A DNA stretch of 63,961 nt, filler included, from Malassezia furfur (taxonomy: Eukaryota): NCBI GenBank assembly GCA_052055015.1. It is 5 parts of 5 records of this genome, joined end to end, with 100 filler letters (N's around TTAATTAATTAA, not from the genome) between each part and the next. Parts side by side here need not be neighbours in the genome. Positions count along the whole stretch, not along the records: positions 13,847 to 27,581 come from JBQJIT010000306.1; 4 more parts are not named here. The stretch is one strand, 5' to 3'. The notes beneath the pieces were generated by a model. That model did no database searches. It saw only the letters and a program-made list of their open reading frames with translations, and was not told the origin of the DNA. Both the position numbers and the translations under genes were made by a program. Positions 13,847 through 27,681 of this stretch are shown here, in pieces. Numbering within the stretch: the first letter of the stretch is position 1; each line of letters begins with the position of its first letter.

Positions 13847-16800
13847 GTGCCGCGGTAAACTCGTCCAGCACCAGCACGCGCGCCGTCGTGCGCACGAGCG
13901 CGCGCGCAATCGCGATACGCTGGGCCTGGCCGCCGGACAGCTGCGTCGCATCGCGCCCGAGCCGCGTCGCAAACTGCTGCGGAAGCGCCTCGACAAACGC
14001 GGCGCCCGCGCGCCGCGCTGCGCCGCGCACCTCGGCGTCGCTCACCGCGGCGCCCAGCGCAATGTTGTCGTGGATCGTCGCAGGGAAAAGCGTCGGCATC
14101 TGGCTGACCACGGCCATGTGCGCACGCAGCCACGACGCATGCACCGTGCGCGCATCGTAGCCATCCACGCGCACCGCACCCGCATCCGGCTCGTACAACC
14201 GCTGCAGCAGCGCCGCGAAAGTCGACTTGCCTGCGCCGCTCGCTCCGATCAGCGCGACGCGCTCCCCGGCGTCGATGCGCAACGACACGTGGTCCAGGAC
14301 GCGCTGCGTGCCGTACGAAAAGCACACATCGTCCAGCGCCAGGTTGCCACGCAGCGTCGGCGTCGCGTCGCCCACCGCATCGGACGGCGTGCCGCGCAGG
14401 TCCAGCAGGCGCGTAACCGCACGCAGCGCGTGCATGCACCGGCTGCTTGCGGGCAGCGACGTGGCCAGCTGCGCCGCAAAGCCCACGGCAAAAATGACGG
14501 GGTTGAGCACCATCATGAAACGGTGCAAATCGTAGGTGCCGTGGATCAGTAGCACGGCGCCGATGCCATACAGCAGCGCCTCGGCCGCATACACGGTCGC
14601 GTCCGCAAGGCCTGCGCCGGCTGCGGATGCAAGCGCTGCGCGTCGCCCAGCGTGGGCAGCGCGCTCAATCGCGCGCTGGGCGTCGGCACGGAGCACGGCG
14701 TCGAGCGCCATGGCCCGCACCGCGCGCACAGCCCCCACCTGGTCGCAAAGCAGGTGCGCGACGTGCTCGCGCTGCGCTTTACTTGCGAGCTCCGCGCGCG
14801 ACGCGACGTGGCCCTGTGCGCCGTACAGCCCGGCGACGAGGGGCACAAGGGCCAAGGCGCACATCGTCAGCTGCCACCCCTGCACAAATGCCCAAACGAT
14901 CGTCGCAAGCAGCATCGCGCCCAGCGCCACGAGCTGGCCAAGCATCTGGCCCAGGCACGCGCCGGCATCCTCCGCATTTTTCACAACAATGGTCGCCAGT
15001 GCGCTCGGGGCGTTTTCGGCGCGGTCGAACCACGCGGCGTCCTGCTTCACGACACGCTCCATGGCGCGCAGGCGCATCGAGGCCACCCAGCGCGCAACGA
15101 GCGCCTCCATACTGATCAGCCGCGCGCCGCGGAACACGCCGTCGGCGACGGCGACGCCGGCCGTCGCGCCAATGAGCGGCGCAAGGCGCGCGGCACTTGC
15201 GCGGCCCACGACCATCAGGACTTGTGTGAGGCAGTAGGCAAACACGGGCGACGTCAGGCCCGAAGCCACGCACACCACGAGCGCTACGGCGGTCCACGCA
15301 CGGTGCGGCACGGTGGCCCACATCGTGCGGATCGTGTCGAGGAGCAGCGTCGAGGAGGGCGGCGCTGCCGCGGCGGGCGCCACGCGCTTCACCTGATGCC
15401 GCGCCGCGATGCGCGGCGCGGCCGACTCGGCGTCATGCAGGTCCGCATGATGCACGGTGCCCGACTCGAGCGACGACGCCATGCTCCAGACGCTCGCCGA
15501 AGGCACGGGGCCCTCGTGGGTATATAGGCTTGCCGAGTCGGGCAGCCCGACGGGCGAGGCCAGCGCCGCATCCAGGTCTTTGTCGAGGTAGGTTCGGGCA
15601 AGGCTGCCATCGCGCTGCGCAAGCAGGCGGCGGTAGCCTTCCTCGACGACACGGCCCTCGTCCATCACGTAGCAATAGTCGTCTGGCCGGATGTGCGCGA
15701 CGGTGTGTGTAATCACGACCGTGGTACGGCCCTGGCGCCACGCACGTACCGCATTGTGCACCTGCCGCGCGCACGCCACATCGAGCGCCGAGGTCGCCTC
15801 GTCCAGCACCAGCACCGGGGCGTCGCGGAGCAGCGCACGCGCCAACGCGACGCGCTGCATCTGGCCACCGCTCAGTGCCGTGCCGCGCTGGCCGAGTGGC
15901 GTGTCGAGGCCATCGGGGAGCACGTCGAGCAGGTCGTCAAGGCGCACGGCGCTGATCGCCTGGCGCACGGTCACACCCGCATGGGTCAGTGGCAGCCCCG
16001 CGCGGACATTCTCAAACAGCGTCTGCTCGAGGATGAGCGGCTCCTGGGTCACGCCCACCACCTGGCTTCGGAACCAGTCAATGTCCAGCTCATGCACATC
16101 TGTGGCATCCAACGCAACGACACCGGACTGCGGCGTGTGCAGCCGCAGAAGTACACTCGCCACGGTTGACTTCCCGCTCCCGGAGCGCCCGACGACAAAG
16201 GTATGCTCTCCTGCGGCAAAGTACATGCTCACACCGCGTAGTGCCGGTACCTCGGGCCGGGCAGGGTAATTCATCCAGACGTTGTCGAGCGTCATTTCAC
16301 CGCTGCAATGCTTAGGAATGCGCACGGCCGGCGGCACCGACAGGCCGACACGCAGCGTCGACGTCGGCGACACGGGCGCCGGTGCTTCTTTGGTCCCGAC
16401 GGCTGGCGGCGGCGGCGGCGGCGGAGCACGCGTCGCGTCGCTCTCGGCACGCGACGAAGCGAGCGTCACCAGGTTGGCCGCCGCATTCTTCCCGCGCTCA
16501 ACAAAATTGAGGCGCATCAGGATCGATTGCAGCTGACCCATCGTTACCAGACTCGCCAGAAAAGTGGCCAACACGACGTCAGGGCCCGCCTGGTTGTTGC
16601 GCACCAGGTGGCTGCCCCACGCAAACCCCTGCACGAACATCAGCAGGCCCAGCGCGGACGACAGGCCGTAGCGGACGCCCCACACGGCACACATACGCGT
16701 ATACAGCGTGCGACACTGCGTGATACAGGTGCGCAGCATGTCGAGCTGCATGCGCTCGGCGTTGAATACCTTGACGGTGCGGATCGCCGACGCACCCTTT

Positions 16801-17720
16801 TCCACGAGCGCAGAGAGCTGCATCGAGTGCGCCCGCTCGGCGGCCTGCAGCGGCGCACCGAGCAGATCACCGGCCACTGTAATCAGGGCCAGCACCGGGA
16901 TGGATGCAAAAATGACCAGCGTCAGCGACCACTGCCGGTACATTGCATATACGAAACTCGCGATGGCTGCCGCCGCGTGCATCACTAAGTAGCCCATCTG
17001 CTGCCCCATTGCAGTACGCACGTCATCCGTATCCTTCAGAAAAAGTGCCATGAGGCCTGCCGCACCAACATCGGCGCTGTCCGTGTTGAGGCCCATGCCT
17101 AGGTCGAACCAGCTAATGTCCTTGGCCAGCACCGCGCGGAACACGTACTGCCGCCAGCCGTGCGCGCCATTCTCGGCAAGGATGAGCCAGGCGGCAGCCG
17201 ATGCAGAGCGTACAAGGAGCGATCCAGCAGCAAGTCCCAGCAGTACATACACGTCCGTTCGCACGTTCGCAGCCAGAGCACTTGCTGCGTGCGGCACCGA
17301 AGGGTTGTATGCAGCAAACGCGGCAAAGGCGCGACCCACAATGTGGGTCATACCAACGGGCAGACCGCCACTCACCACACCAAGAAGCAGGCCAGGCACA
17401 AGGAGCAGCAAGCAGTCGCGTCGCGAGCACCACCGATACATGCCGCACAGCGAGCGCCGGTGTGGGGTACGCACGACACGGCGGTGGACATGCGCAGCAT
17501 GCGCATCCTGAAACAACCTGTCGCTCTTTTCATCCAAAACATGCGAGGGCAATGCCGAGGGCAGCGGCTCGATCGGCGACAACGGGAGGTCGCTGGTCTC
17601 GCTCGGCGCGTGCGCGCCCTTCTCGGTGGGCGATGCTTCAAGATCGGCCTCGAAGGCCGCGCCCTTCTCACGGCTGGCCAAGGAGAGCCGTGCCGGGAGG
17701 CTTGCAGGGCGCCGAGACAT
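13847..17720 (-). CDS. Full-size ABCB transporter, Ste6/Hst6 pheromone-exporter-like (3' truncated by contig end)
   Basis: TMD-NBD-TMD-NBD layout; GRSGSGKST/LSGGQ/VLVLDEATSALD and GASGAGKST/LSGGQ/VLVLDEFTAA. The Ste6 subfamily call is an inference from overall divergence. Confidence 0.85.
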
Positions 17721-17864
17721 GGCGCTGACCCACACACGTTAATCGATGCGCGGCCATCTTATACATCGGCACTGGCTCGACGCGTTTCTTTGTTGCGGTG
17801 CGTTCTTTGTTCTTGCTCCGTGCACAGTCACGTGGTCAACGGTGCGGTATATGGTACAAGCAAT

Positions 17865-19136
17865 CTACGAATAATACATGGGATACACAGGATAGGTGTG
17901 CAGCGGCGGGCCCATTTCGGCCGCGGCCTCTTCAGGCTTGGTCGCATATAGGACAGGCGCCACGCCTGGCATGGGTTGCGTTTGTTGGACACCGGGCGGG
18001 GCGAACGGCGACAGGACAGGGAAGGCTGGCACACCATTCCAGGGACTCGCCGCCACGTCCGAGAGTGACGTTGACGGCGTGATGCGCGCACTCGACACCG
18101 AGCTGGGAGTCGCCATAGATAGAGTGGATGCGTTGTTAGTGGTGTAGAACGAGCTCCAGTCGCTAAAGCCGCTCGATTCGGAGCCTTGGCGAGCATGGTT
18201 GGCCGACTGCGTCATCGATGTAACCGATGCGACAGCGGCCGCGTGCATCGAGGCCGTTGTTGCCGCCCTTTGCGCGGGCATCGATGCACGGAGAACGGGG
18301 CGGTTGCGTTGGCTTACGTTCCATTCGCTCTCGGCGCGGTGCGGCATACTGGGCACCGGAGCATTGCCTTGCGTCCAAAAGTCGGGGCGCAGGCTGAGGC
18401 ACCGGCGGTGCGAGGGCCGCCGACGATGGCCGCTGCTGCGGCGCGGCGGGTCGGACGGCGTCGCCGGTGTGTGCGTGGTTGTATCTTTCTTGGTCGTCGA
18501 CGTGCGTGGCGCACACAGCTCCTCAAGCGTCGTGGTAGGCGCACCAAACTCTTGGAGCTCGTGGGCAAACTGCTCCAGTTCATCAGGCGCGACGTCGAGG
18601 TGCAGGTCGAGGTAGCTAAGTAGCTCGCGTTCCATCTGGTTGATTTCGGTCAGCGTAAAAAGGCCCTGGCCCACAATAGTCCAGCTCTTGTTGCTGTACG
18701 AGTCATCACAGAGCATCTTGCTGGCCAACATAAACGCAGCAATGAAGAGCCGGTGGCCCGACGAGCCACGCGCGACGGGGTATCGAGTCTTGAGCCGCTT
18801 GAGCAGCAAAAGTGCATAATAGGTAACGGCCGTGGGAAGTCGTGTGCGGTACAACGCATAGGCCACAAAGTGGGCCAAGCGAGGGGCGCCGCTGGACGAT
18901 ACGGATGAGGCATCGGCCGTGGCGGCCATCGAGTCGTGCGTGCAAGAGAAGTAGGTCATGAGCATGCGCTCCGCCACCTCGGCCATTTGGCGGTGCCCGT
19001 AAAACTTATCATCGCGGACGGATTGCTTCGCAGCGGCGCTTGGACTGGCCATGGGTTGGGCGTCGAGATGAGGCGCTGGTGGCGTAGTGGCCTTCCCTGT
19101 ACCCTCAGGCCGCCCTGGCGCGGCTTCGGCTGGCAT
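17865..19136 (-). CDS. Pho85/Pcl-family cyclin (Clg1/Pcl1-like)
   Basis: FVAYALYRTRL..ARGSSGHRLFIAAFMLASKMLCDDSYSNKSW..EINQMERELL cyclin box, followed by an S/P-rich tail. Confidence 0.88.
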   Translation of the reverse strand: MPAEAAPGRPEGTGKATTPPAPHLDAQPMASPSAAAKQSVRDDKFYGHRQMAEVAERMLMTYFSCTHDSMAATADASSVSSSGAPRLAHFVAYALYRTRLPTAVTYYALLLLKRLKTRYPVARGSSGHRLFIAAFMLASKMLCDDSYSNKSWTIVGQGLFTLTEINQMERELLSYLDLHLDVAPDELEQFAHELQEFGAPTTTLEELCAPRTSTTKKDTTTHTPATPSDPPRRSSGHRRRPSHRRCLSLRPDFWTQGNAPVPSMPHRAESEWNVSQRNRPVLRASMPAQRAATTASMHAAAVASVTSMTQSANHARQGSESSGFSDWSSFYTTNNASTLSMATPSSVSSARITPSTSLSDVAASPWNGVPAFPVLSPFAPPGVQQTQPMPGVAPVLYATKPEEAAAEMGPPLHTYPVYPMYYS

Positions 19137-20395
19137 GCTAAGCACACACTCGGGCTCGGATCAGAGGTGAAGAGGGAAACGTGTGCGCCGACGTGGCTGG
19201 ATATATTGGTGGCCCCGCGAAATAGGGGCCGCCTCGCGCCCATTTACACGCATATTCGGCACTGCAGCACTGTCCGCACTGACCGCTTCCGTCCACAAAT
19301 CTCCCTGCACCGCTTCACTGCCATTTGCGGTGCAAACCGTCCGATGGCGCTACGATTTTGCATTTGAACCAATCCCGATAATCCAATAATTTTGCGTGTC
19401 ACGCATCGACGGGGTTTCGCGGCATGTACGTGGAGGGGCCTCGCGCGTCGTGATTTGTCCACTCCACATCCTGCATAACAATGCACGCAAGGAACGACAT
19501 CCAAAAATCATAGAAGCATTTGCTGCAGTGCCCTGCAGACGCCGTTGTGGGGGCTTGGCACAAGGAACAAAAAGTTTGTCCACGCGCAGGCACGTACGTG
19601 CCCTGCATCAATGGCCAGGGCACTTTTGCTCGCCTGTCCTGCCAGGGGCTCTCGTTGGCTATGTCCACACGTTAGACTCGAGATGCATGCGTGGAGATAG
19701 AGAAACCCGAACAAGGCGCTACATCGCATCGGCAGTGCACAGACGCTTGGCGCGTGCACAAAAAATTGTGGACGCTCCACGAGTCAGCTCGCTTAGAAAT
19801 GCACAATGGCCTTGTCCTGCATCGATGATGTCACCCGCCCAGGCCGCTAGGCACATGGTCGCTGGACAAAGTTTTGTGACAAAAGAGATGAGGTGCCACA
19901 ATGCTAGGTAGCACTGGCATCTGCATGCGCGCGACAAAGTGTTGACACTCCCTTAGTGGGGTGCGCGCTCCAGTGCGCCTAGTGACAGAGTACGCGCGTC
20001 TACATGCCCGCACTTTCTATGGGCACTGAGTGGCCAGACCCATGGACCGCCATCCTGACCATTCCATTTAGGCGGGTCTGTGTCCAGGACAGGCAAAGCC
20101 GATCAGTGCGGGCGGGGCAGAAACATGGTACACACGGGGCACCTCATTCTTCGGGGTTGGCTCGTGCGTCCACACCTGCACTTCCATTGGATTATCCGGT
20201 TCCAAAGGTCTCAGATGGTATCATCCCTTTTTTGTCAGGCAAGATAATCTCGTATAGATTCTGTACGTCCTGGATGCACTTGTCCCAGCACGACGATGCA
20301 GCCCTAGCCGTCGCCGTGGGGCTGGTAGGCAGGCCGAGGAAGAATGATTCACGTGACCCCGTGCGCCGTTCGCCGTGCTTCTTCGTTCGTCGGCC

Positions 20396-23300
20396 ATGAG
20401 GACGCGCGACATCAGGCAGTGGCTGCAAGCCGCGGATGTCGCCGACACGGAGTCGCCTTACGACCCAGATGATGATATGGCACCGACACAGCCTGCGCGT
20501 GACGCTGGCGCCACGGAGCCGGCTGCCGAGGCAAGCTGGGACACGTTTGTGTCCCATGTCGCCGAAGTGCTGCGCTCCACCAAGCGGCGCCCGCGCGAGG
20601 TGCTGCTCAAACAGGGCATCCCACAGCTCGCACGCAACCCTGAGACGACCTCGGCGGAACGTGTCGAACTGTACCAGCTGCTTCTCCAAGCTGTGGAGTA
20701 CCATCCGGACCGTGCGACGCGCCTGGTCCTCCTGCACGCCAGCAGCGAGCTGCTGGCAGCCGACCTCGAAAATATCACACAGCCATTTGACAGCGTGCTG
20801 GTCAAGGCTGCGATCGTGGCGCTCCGGGCAGAGTCGGAGCGGATCGTGAGCACCATGGGCCATATCAAAGCGCCACGGGCACAGCTGGCGAATGTGCACC
20901 CATGGGTGTGCGACGTATTGGGCCAAGTGCTCTCCCGCGGGGTTTCAAGTATCTCGCAGGAGCTCAAGGTACTCTTGCAGGTATTTGCGACCGTGTTCGA
21001 TGGGTTGTTCGGCTCGTCGCACCCACGCGACCGCCTGTTGCTCCCTGCGCAGCACGCCGCCTGGCGGGTGTTCCGCACGCATTCTGCTTCCATTCCGCTT
21101 GTGCTGCAGACCCTGCTTACAGCGCCTGAAGGGCCGCACGCGCTACGTGCGGTGACCGCGATTGGCACCGTGACTGACGTGTGTCTGCACCTGCGCAATG
21201 GCCAAGGGCCTGCGCTCCTGGAGGAGAACAAGGTGCCGGTCCTCCAGTACATTACGACACACATTGTCTCTGCCAAGGTGCGCGTGCCTGACCATGTGCT
21301 GCGCGCGCTGCATGGCTTCTTCTTGACGTTGACGCAGGCTGAGTGCGAGACGCACATTTTCCCCACGCTCGACAAGATGCTTCTGCGGTCGCCGGAAATT
21401 GCGTGTGCGGTTGCGAGCGATCTATGCGCACATGCTAAGCTTGACCGCTCAGCGGTGTTGCAGCGCATCCAGCAGCCGATGCTGTCGGCCGCGGCGTCGG
21501 CCAACGCCGGGACGCGCAAGAGTGCTCTACGCCTCGCTGACGTGCTTGTGGCCGACGGCGTGTCGGACGCGTTTGTCGAAGCGCTTGCGAAGACACTCAA
21601 AGGCAGCGAGTCGCGCTCTGAGGAACAGCGGCACACGCTGTACGAGCTGGTTGGCGCTCTCCCTGCCCGTGCAGTGACGGCGGCGCGCGTGATCAATGCC
21701 GCGGCGCCGCTCGTGCAAAAGGAAGCGCAGCCGCACCTCTTGCGAGTGGCACTCGCCACCGTCTGGCGGCAGGCCACGGTGCTGCTCGACGACGATACCC
21801 CCCTGCCCGCCAGCGCGCTGCAGATCGTGACTAGTAAGGCGCAGCTGCCCAAGCCACCGATCCGGGCGGCCGTGCTGCGCTCGCTGCTGGCACTGCCGTT
21901 GGACGGTGCCGGCGACCGTCGCTTTGCCAAGGAGCTCATTCCGGTCGCCGAAAAAGGGCTCGGTGCGGGCGCCACGGCGCTCACCTCGCCCGAGAGCGCC
22001 ATCGAGGCATGTGCGGCCGCAACTGTGCTCGCGCGCCTCGCGCATGGTGCGAAAGAGGAGGGCGTCGCGGGCAAGGCGGCGAGCGCGGCGCTGACGCCGC
22101 TGCTTCGTGCCGCTGACGCCAAAATGCCGTTCCTGCTGAACGACAAGGTGGTGCGTAAGCTGCGCGACGCCGACCCTCACTGGCCGGCTGTGCACGCGGA
22201 CGCCGTGCAGCATGTTTTGACGTGGCGTGGGCTGCAGAGCCTGTATGAGGCGTCGCTTCAGCAGGCAGTCGGTGCGCTGCTCGTAGCGTACGTGCCTGAC
22301 GCGTTTGCCGGCGTCGTACGCCTCGTCGAGGCGCTTGTGCGCTTTGATCGCCGCCTGGCGCTGCGGATGGCGACACACCTGGTCGAAGCCCTCCTGCCGT
22401 CCGCCACAGACCCCGAGGCTGAGACAACGCACGCCGAGGCGATGCGTCTTCGCACGCTTCTCGAGCTACCGGTGCGCCCCGTCGACGCCCAGGCGAGTCC
22501 GATGGCGGCGCCGGTGAACGAGCACACCACTGCGAGCCTACTCGCGGAGCTCGTTGTGCTTGCCCACGTCACGGCACTGCGCGACGCCGAGCACGAGTTC
22601 TTTGTGCATTTGTGCCGTGTCGCACGCGCCGAGCCGCATGCCGTCGTCACCGCCGAGTGTGCGCGCCTGCTGGAAGTGATCCAAACCGGCCAGCCGGACG
22701 CACGCCTAGGTCTCGCGGCCGATGCGGCGCTAAGCACGGTGGTGTTTATTGCGCCGGAGCGCGTCTTGTCGCCGGCAGTCGAGCGTGTGGTGCGCGAGGC
22801 GTCGCCGCACCGCCTCGACCGCTTCTCTGAGCAGGACTTGACCATCTGGGCGACGGAGCCCGGTGAGAAGCCCGTGGTTGATGTGCTCGCCGATGCGCGC
22901 GAGGAAAAGCAGCAGGCGCGCGGCAAGCTCGAGAAGTGGGACGCCGAGGTGCGTGCGTCGCTCGCCAAAAAGCAGGGCGCACCCCAGCTCACCAAGCAAC
23001 AGCAGGCCGCCATCGAAGCGCAGCTCGCGAAAGAGGCCGACATCCGCCGCGATGTGCAGGCCGCGCGCCTGCACCTGCTCGACGCGCTGCGTGCGGCACG
23101 CAGCATTGCGTCGTCGCGTGCGGAAGTTGGTCCGTACGTGTACGCATTGGTGCGTGCCGTGCACAGCGTGCTCTTCTCGCCGCGCGCACAGGCGCTGCAG
23201 CTTGGCGAGGTCGCCGCAGCGTCGCTCAGTGCGCTCGCGCACACCGGCGAGCCGCGCGCCGAGCGCGTCGCGGCGCTCGTGCTGAGCCTTTGGCTTCGAC

Positions 23301-26300
23301 GCGCCGACCCTGCGCTCGTGCCGCTGGACCTTGCGCTGGAGTCCGCCGACGAGGTGGAGCTGCGTGTGCTCTACCAGCTGCGCCTGCTTGTGGAGCGCGA
23401 GCCGCTTGGCTTGGCCGCCGCGTCGTTCCTCGCGCCGTGGCTTGTGTCGCTTGTCGACGCCGCCGAGCTGCACAACGACGAGGCACGCGACGACGCGACC
23501 GTCGAACGCATGCAGCTCGTGCTCGAGTGCGTCGCGGCGCAGTGTGCGTGCGGCGCCGAGCCGGCCTTCCCTCGTGCTGAAGTTGTCCGTGCGCTGCTTG
23601 TGCTCGTGCGCCGCTTTTCGATGCTGGCGCACGAGGCGATCGGCGCACTGCGTGCGTACGGCGAGGCGATGGCGCGGACGACGGTCGGCGCCGGTGCGCT
23701 GGCCCAGCAGCTGCTCGATGCCTCGCTCTCCGATGAGCGGCGCGAGCGCGACGGTGCGCTGCAGTGCCTCGTGCCGTTCGATCTGACCGAGTGGGAGTTT
23801 AGTGCGCCACTGTTCCTCGCGCTGCATGCCGACGACGACGAAGAGATCCAGCGCACGGCCGAACGGATCTGGACCGAGAATGCGATGGATGTGCCACCGG
23901 CGTACGTCAATACGCTCGTTGCACTGCTCGAACATCCGCACGCGTATGTGCAGGCCGCGACGCCCAAGGCGCTCGGCAGTGCGTGCGCCGCGCACCCCGA
24001 CACCTTTGCGCCGCTGCGTGATGGGCTCGAGATGCTGTATGCGTCCAAGAACTACTCGCTCGACCCCGAATACGACGAGATGGGCATGGTGATCGACGCC
24101 ACCCTGAACCGCGACGATCCGTGGACCGTGCGCCTGGGCGTCGCGCGCACCCTGCATGCGCTTGCGCCGCAGTTTGATGCGCGCGCGGTGATGCCCTTCT
24201 TCCACTTTGCGCTGCATGAGCCTGCGGCGCTCGGCGACCGCCATGAGGCGGTGCGCCGTGCGATGCTCGACGCGGCCATCGCCATCGTCGATGCACACGG
24301 CGCGGCGGTGCTCACGCCGCTCATTGCCGACCTCGAGTCGAGCCTCGGCAGCGAGAACGACGCGGTGACCGAGGCCGCCGTCGTGCTTCTCGGCCGCGCC
24401 GCACAGCATCTCGACACGTCCGATGCACACGTGCGCCGCATCGTCGACCGCCTGCTCGACGCGCTGCACACGCCGAGCGAGCTCGTGCAGGAGGCCGTCG
24501 GTGCGTGTCTGCCGCCGCTTGTGCGTGCCGAGGCGGTGCGTGGCGATTTGCCCGGCATGGTCGACACGCTTTTCGCGACGCTGCTGCACGGCGAAAAGTA
24601 TGCAATGCGTCGCGGCGCCGCCTATGGCCTTGCGGGCGTTGTGCAGGGCGTCGGCATCACCGGCATCAAGACGCTGCGCATCGTGCCACGTCTCACCGAC
24701 GCCGTACATGCAGGCGGAGAGCCGACGCTGCGCCAGGGCGCTATGTTTGCGTACGAAGTGCTGATCAAGACGCTACGTGTGCTGTTCGAGCCGTACGTTG
24801 TGCAGATTCTGCCCGACATCCTGCTTTGCTTTGGCGACGCGAATGCCGACGTGCGCGAAGCCACCGCCGACACGGCGCGTGTGCTGATGCAGAGCTTGAG
24901 CGGGCAGTGCGTCAAGCAGATCCTTCCCGAGCTCCTCGAGGGCCTGGACGAGAAGCAGTGGCGTGCGAAGCGTGGCGCGATCGAGCTGCTCGGCGCGATG
25001 GCGTATTGTGCACCGCGACAGCTCTCGGCTGCACTGCCGGTGGTGATCCCGCGCCTCAGCGAGGTGCTCACCGACTCGCACACGCAGCTGCGCAACGCCG
25101 CGAACCGCTCACTGAAGCAGTTTGGCGAGGTGATCCACAACCCCGAGATCCACACGCTCGTTCCGGCGCTGCTCAAGGCGCTCGTCGACCCGAACGCCAA
25201 GACAGGCACTGCGCTCAAGGCGCTGCTCAGCACCAAGTTTGTGCACTACATCGATGCGCCGTCGCTTGCGCTGATTGCGCCGATTATCGAGCGCGGTCTC
25301 AAGGAGCGCTCGGTGGCGCAGCAAAAGCAGGCCGCGCAGATCGTCGGCAACCTCGCGTCGCTGACCGACACGCGCGACTTTGTGCCATACCTCGACCGGT
25401 ACACGCCGCTCGTGCGTGAGGTGCTTGTCTCGCCCGTGCCGGACGCGCGCAGCGTCGCGGCCAAGGCGCTCGGCACGCTCGTCGAGCGCCTCGGCGAGGT
25501 GCACTTTGTCGATCTTATTCCTGCGCTGCTCGCCGTGCTGCAGACGCGCGCGACGAGCGTCGACCGCCACGGTGCCGCGCAGGGTCTTGCCGAGGTGCTG
25601 GCCGGTCTGGGCATGGAGCGCATGGAGAGTCTCCTGCCGAGCATCATTGCGAGCACCTCGGCGCGCGCCGCACATGTCCGCGAGGGTCACCTGGCACTGC
25701 TCATCTACCTCCCCGCAACGTTTGGCAACCGGTTCGTGCCACACCTCCCGGTGATTGTCCCGCCAATCATTGGCAGCATTGCGGACGACGACGAAAACGT
25801 GCGCGAGGCGTCGATGCGCGCGGGCCGCATGCTCATTGGCAACTACACGCAGCGTGCCGTCGAGCTGCTCCTCCCACAGCTTGAGCCGCGCCTGTTTGAC
25901 GGCCAGGGCCGCGTGCGTCTGGCGGCGCTGCAGCTCACGGGCGACTTGCTCTTCCGCCTGTCGGGCATTGCGTCCAAGGCGGACACGGGCGGCGACGACG
26001 TCGACGACCCTGAGCACGAGAACGAGCAGGTGAACGAAGAGGCGCTCGCCGCGCACAACTCGATCCAGCGCACGCTCCAAGCCGCGCTGGGTGGCGAGCG
26101 CCGCACCAAGCTGCTTGCCGCGATCTACATCCTGCGTCAGGACCCCCACATCCCGGTGCGCCAGACCGCCGCGCACGTCTGGAAGACCCTGGTGCAGAAC
26201 ACGCCACGCACCGCCCGCGAGGTGCTGCCGGTCATGCTCGACCTGATCATCGCCGCGCTCGCCGCCGACGGCTCCGAGCAGCACGAAATGGCTGGACGCA

Positions 26301-27581
26301 CCCTCGGCGAGCTCGTGCGCAAGCTCGGCGAAAAGATCCTGCACGAGGCCATTCCCCTGCTGGCCGCGCGCGCCGCCGACGCCCCGCAGCCCGCAACGCG
26401 CGCCGGTGTGTGTGCGGCGGTGGCCGACATCCTCGCCAACGCCACCAAGACGCAGCTCGAGGACCACGAGGAGGCCATCATTGCCATTGTGCGTGGCGCG
26501 CTCGTCGACCCTGCGCCGCAGGTGCGCGCCGCGGCTGCACGCACCTTCGATGCGGTGCAAGCGCACCTCGGCGCGCGTGCGATCGAGGCAACCGTCCCTA
26601 CGCTGCTGGACGCGCTGCGCCAATCCGACGCGCGCGCAGACACGGCGCTTGCGGCACTACGCGAGATGGTCCGTACGCGCCCCGACGTCGTGTTCCCCGC
26701 GCTGGTGCCCGCGCTCGCGCAGGTGCCGCTCGAAGCACGCGCGGCCAAGGCGCTGGCAGCGCTGGTCCCGGTGGCGGGCACGGCGCTCGCGGCGAACATT
26801 GCGCCGATCCTCAGCTGCGTTGCGCGCACGCTGCTCGACGGTGCAGAGCACGTCGAGGAGCTGCATGCCACGGCCGACGCCACCTTTGCGTCGCTGGCCA
26901 ACATTGATGCGCTGCACCAGTCCATGGTGCTGCTGCTCGGGTGGATGTCGTCGCGCGAGGGGCCGGCGCGCCGTGCCCTTGCGTGCCACCTGCTCACGCG
27001 CTTCTGCCGCGCCAAGCAGGCATCGCTCGACTGGAGCGAGTATGTGGTGGATTGCCTGCGCAAGCTCACCTCGCTGCTCGAAGAAGAGGCGGCCGACGTG
27101 CAGCAGGCCGCGCATGAGGCGCTGCTCGCGTGCCTCGACGCCGTGGACAAAGCCGAGTGGACCGCGCTGGTGCTCCCGATGCGCCGCACGCTCTCATCCA
27201 CGGGCGCGCCCGACGCCGTGCTGCCCGGCCTGGCGATCGCGCGCGGCCCCCAGCCGTTTGTCTCGCTCTTCCTCCAGGGCCTCATGCATGGTTCGGCCGA
27301 GCAGCGCGAGAACGGCGCGCTGGGCTTGGCGGACGTGGTCGAGAAGAGCACGCCCGACTCGGTCAAGCCGTTTGTCACGAGCATGGTGGGACCGCTGATC
27401 CGCCTGTGCGGCGACCGCCACGTGCCGCCGGTCAAGACGGCGATCCTCACGGCGCTCGCAGCGATGGTCGCGCGCGTGCCGCAGCTCGTGCGTCCGTTTT
27501 ACCCGCAGCTGCAGCGCAGTTTCCAAAAGGCGCTCAGCGACCCGAGCAGCAACACGGTGCGCACGCGCGCGGGCGAGGCGC
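20396..27581 (+). CDS. GCN1: Translational activator Gcn1 (HEAT repeats), 3' truncated
   Basis: RRGAAYGLAG, QWRAKRGAIELLGAMAYCAPRQLS, FVHYIDAPSLALI, EMAGRTLGELVRKLGE, GPLIR..VKTAIL. Confidence 0.95.
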
Positions 27582-27681
27582 NNNNNNNNNNNNNNNNNNN
27601 NNNNNNNNNNNNNNNNNNNNNNNNNTTAATTAATTAANNNNNNNNNNNNNNNNNNNNNNNNNNNNNNNNNNNNNNNNNNNN
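27582..27681. other. Artificial contig-joining spacer
   Basis: N44-TTAATTAATTAA-N44. Confidence 0.98.

Noticed and set aside
19137..20395. A lipopeptide pheromone (CaaX) gene near the Ste6-like exporter
   Set aside because: No listed ORF here ends in a CaaX motif and I saw no convincing short one; ORFs under 60 aa were not exhaustively scanned.
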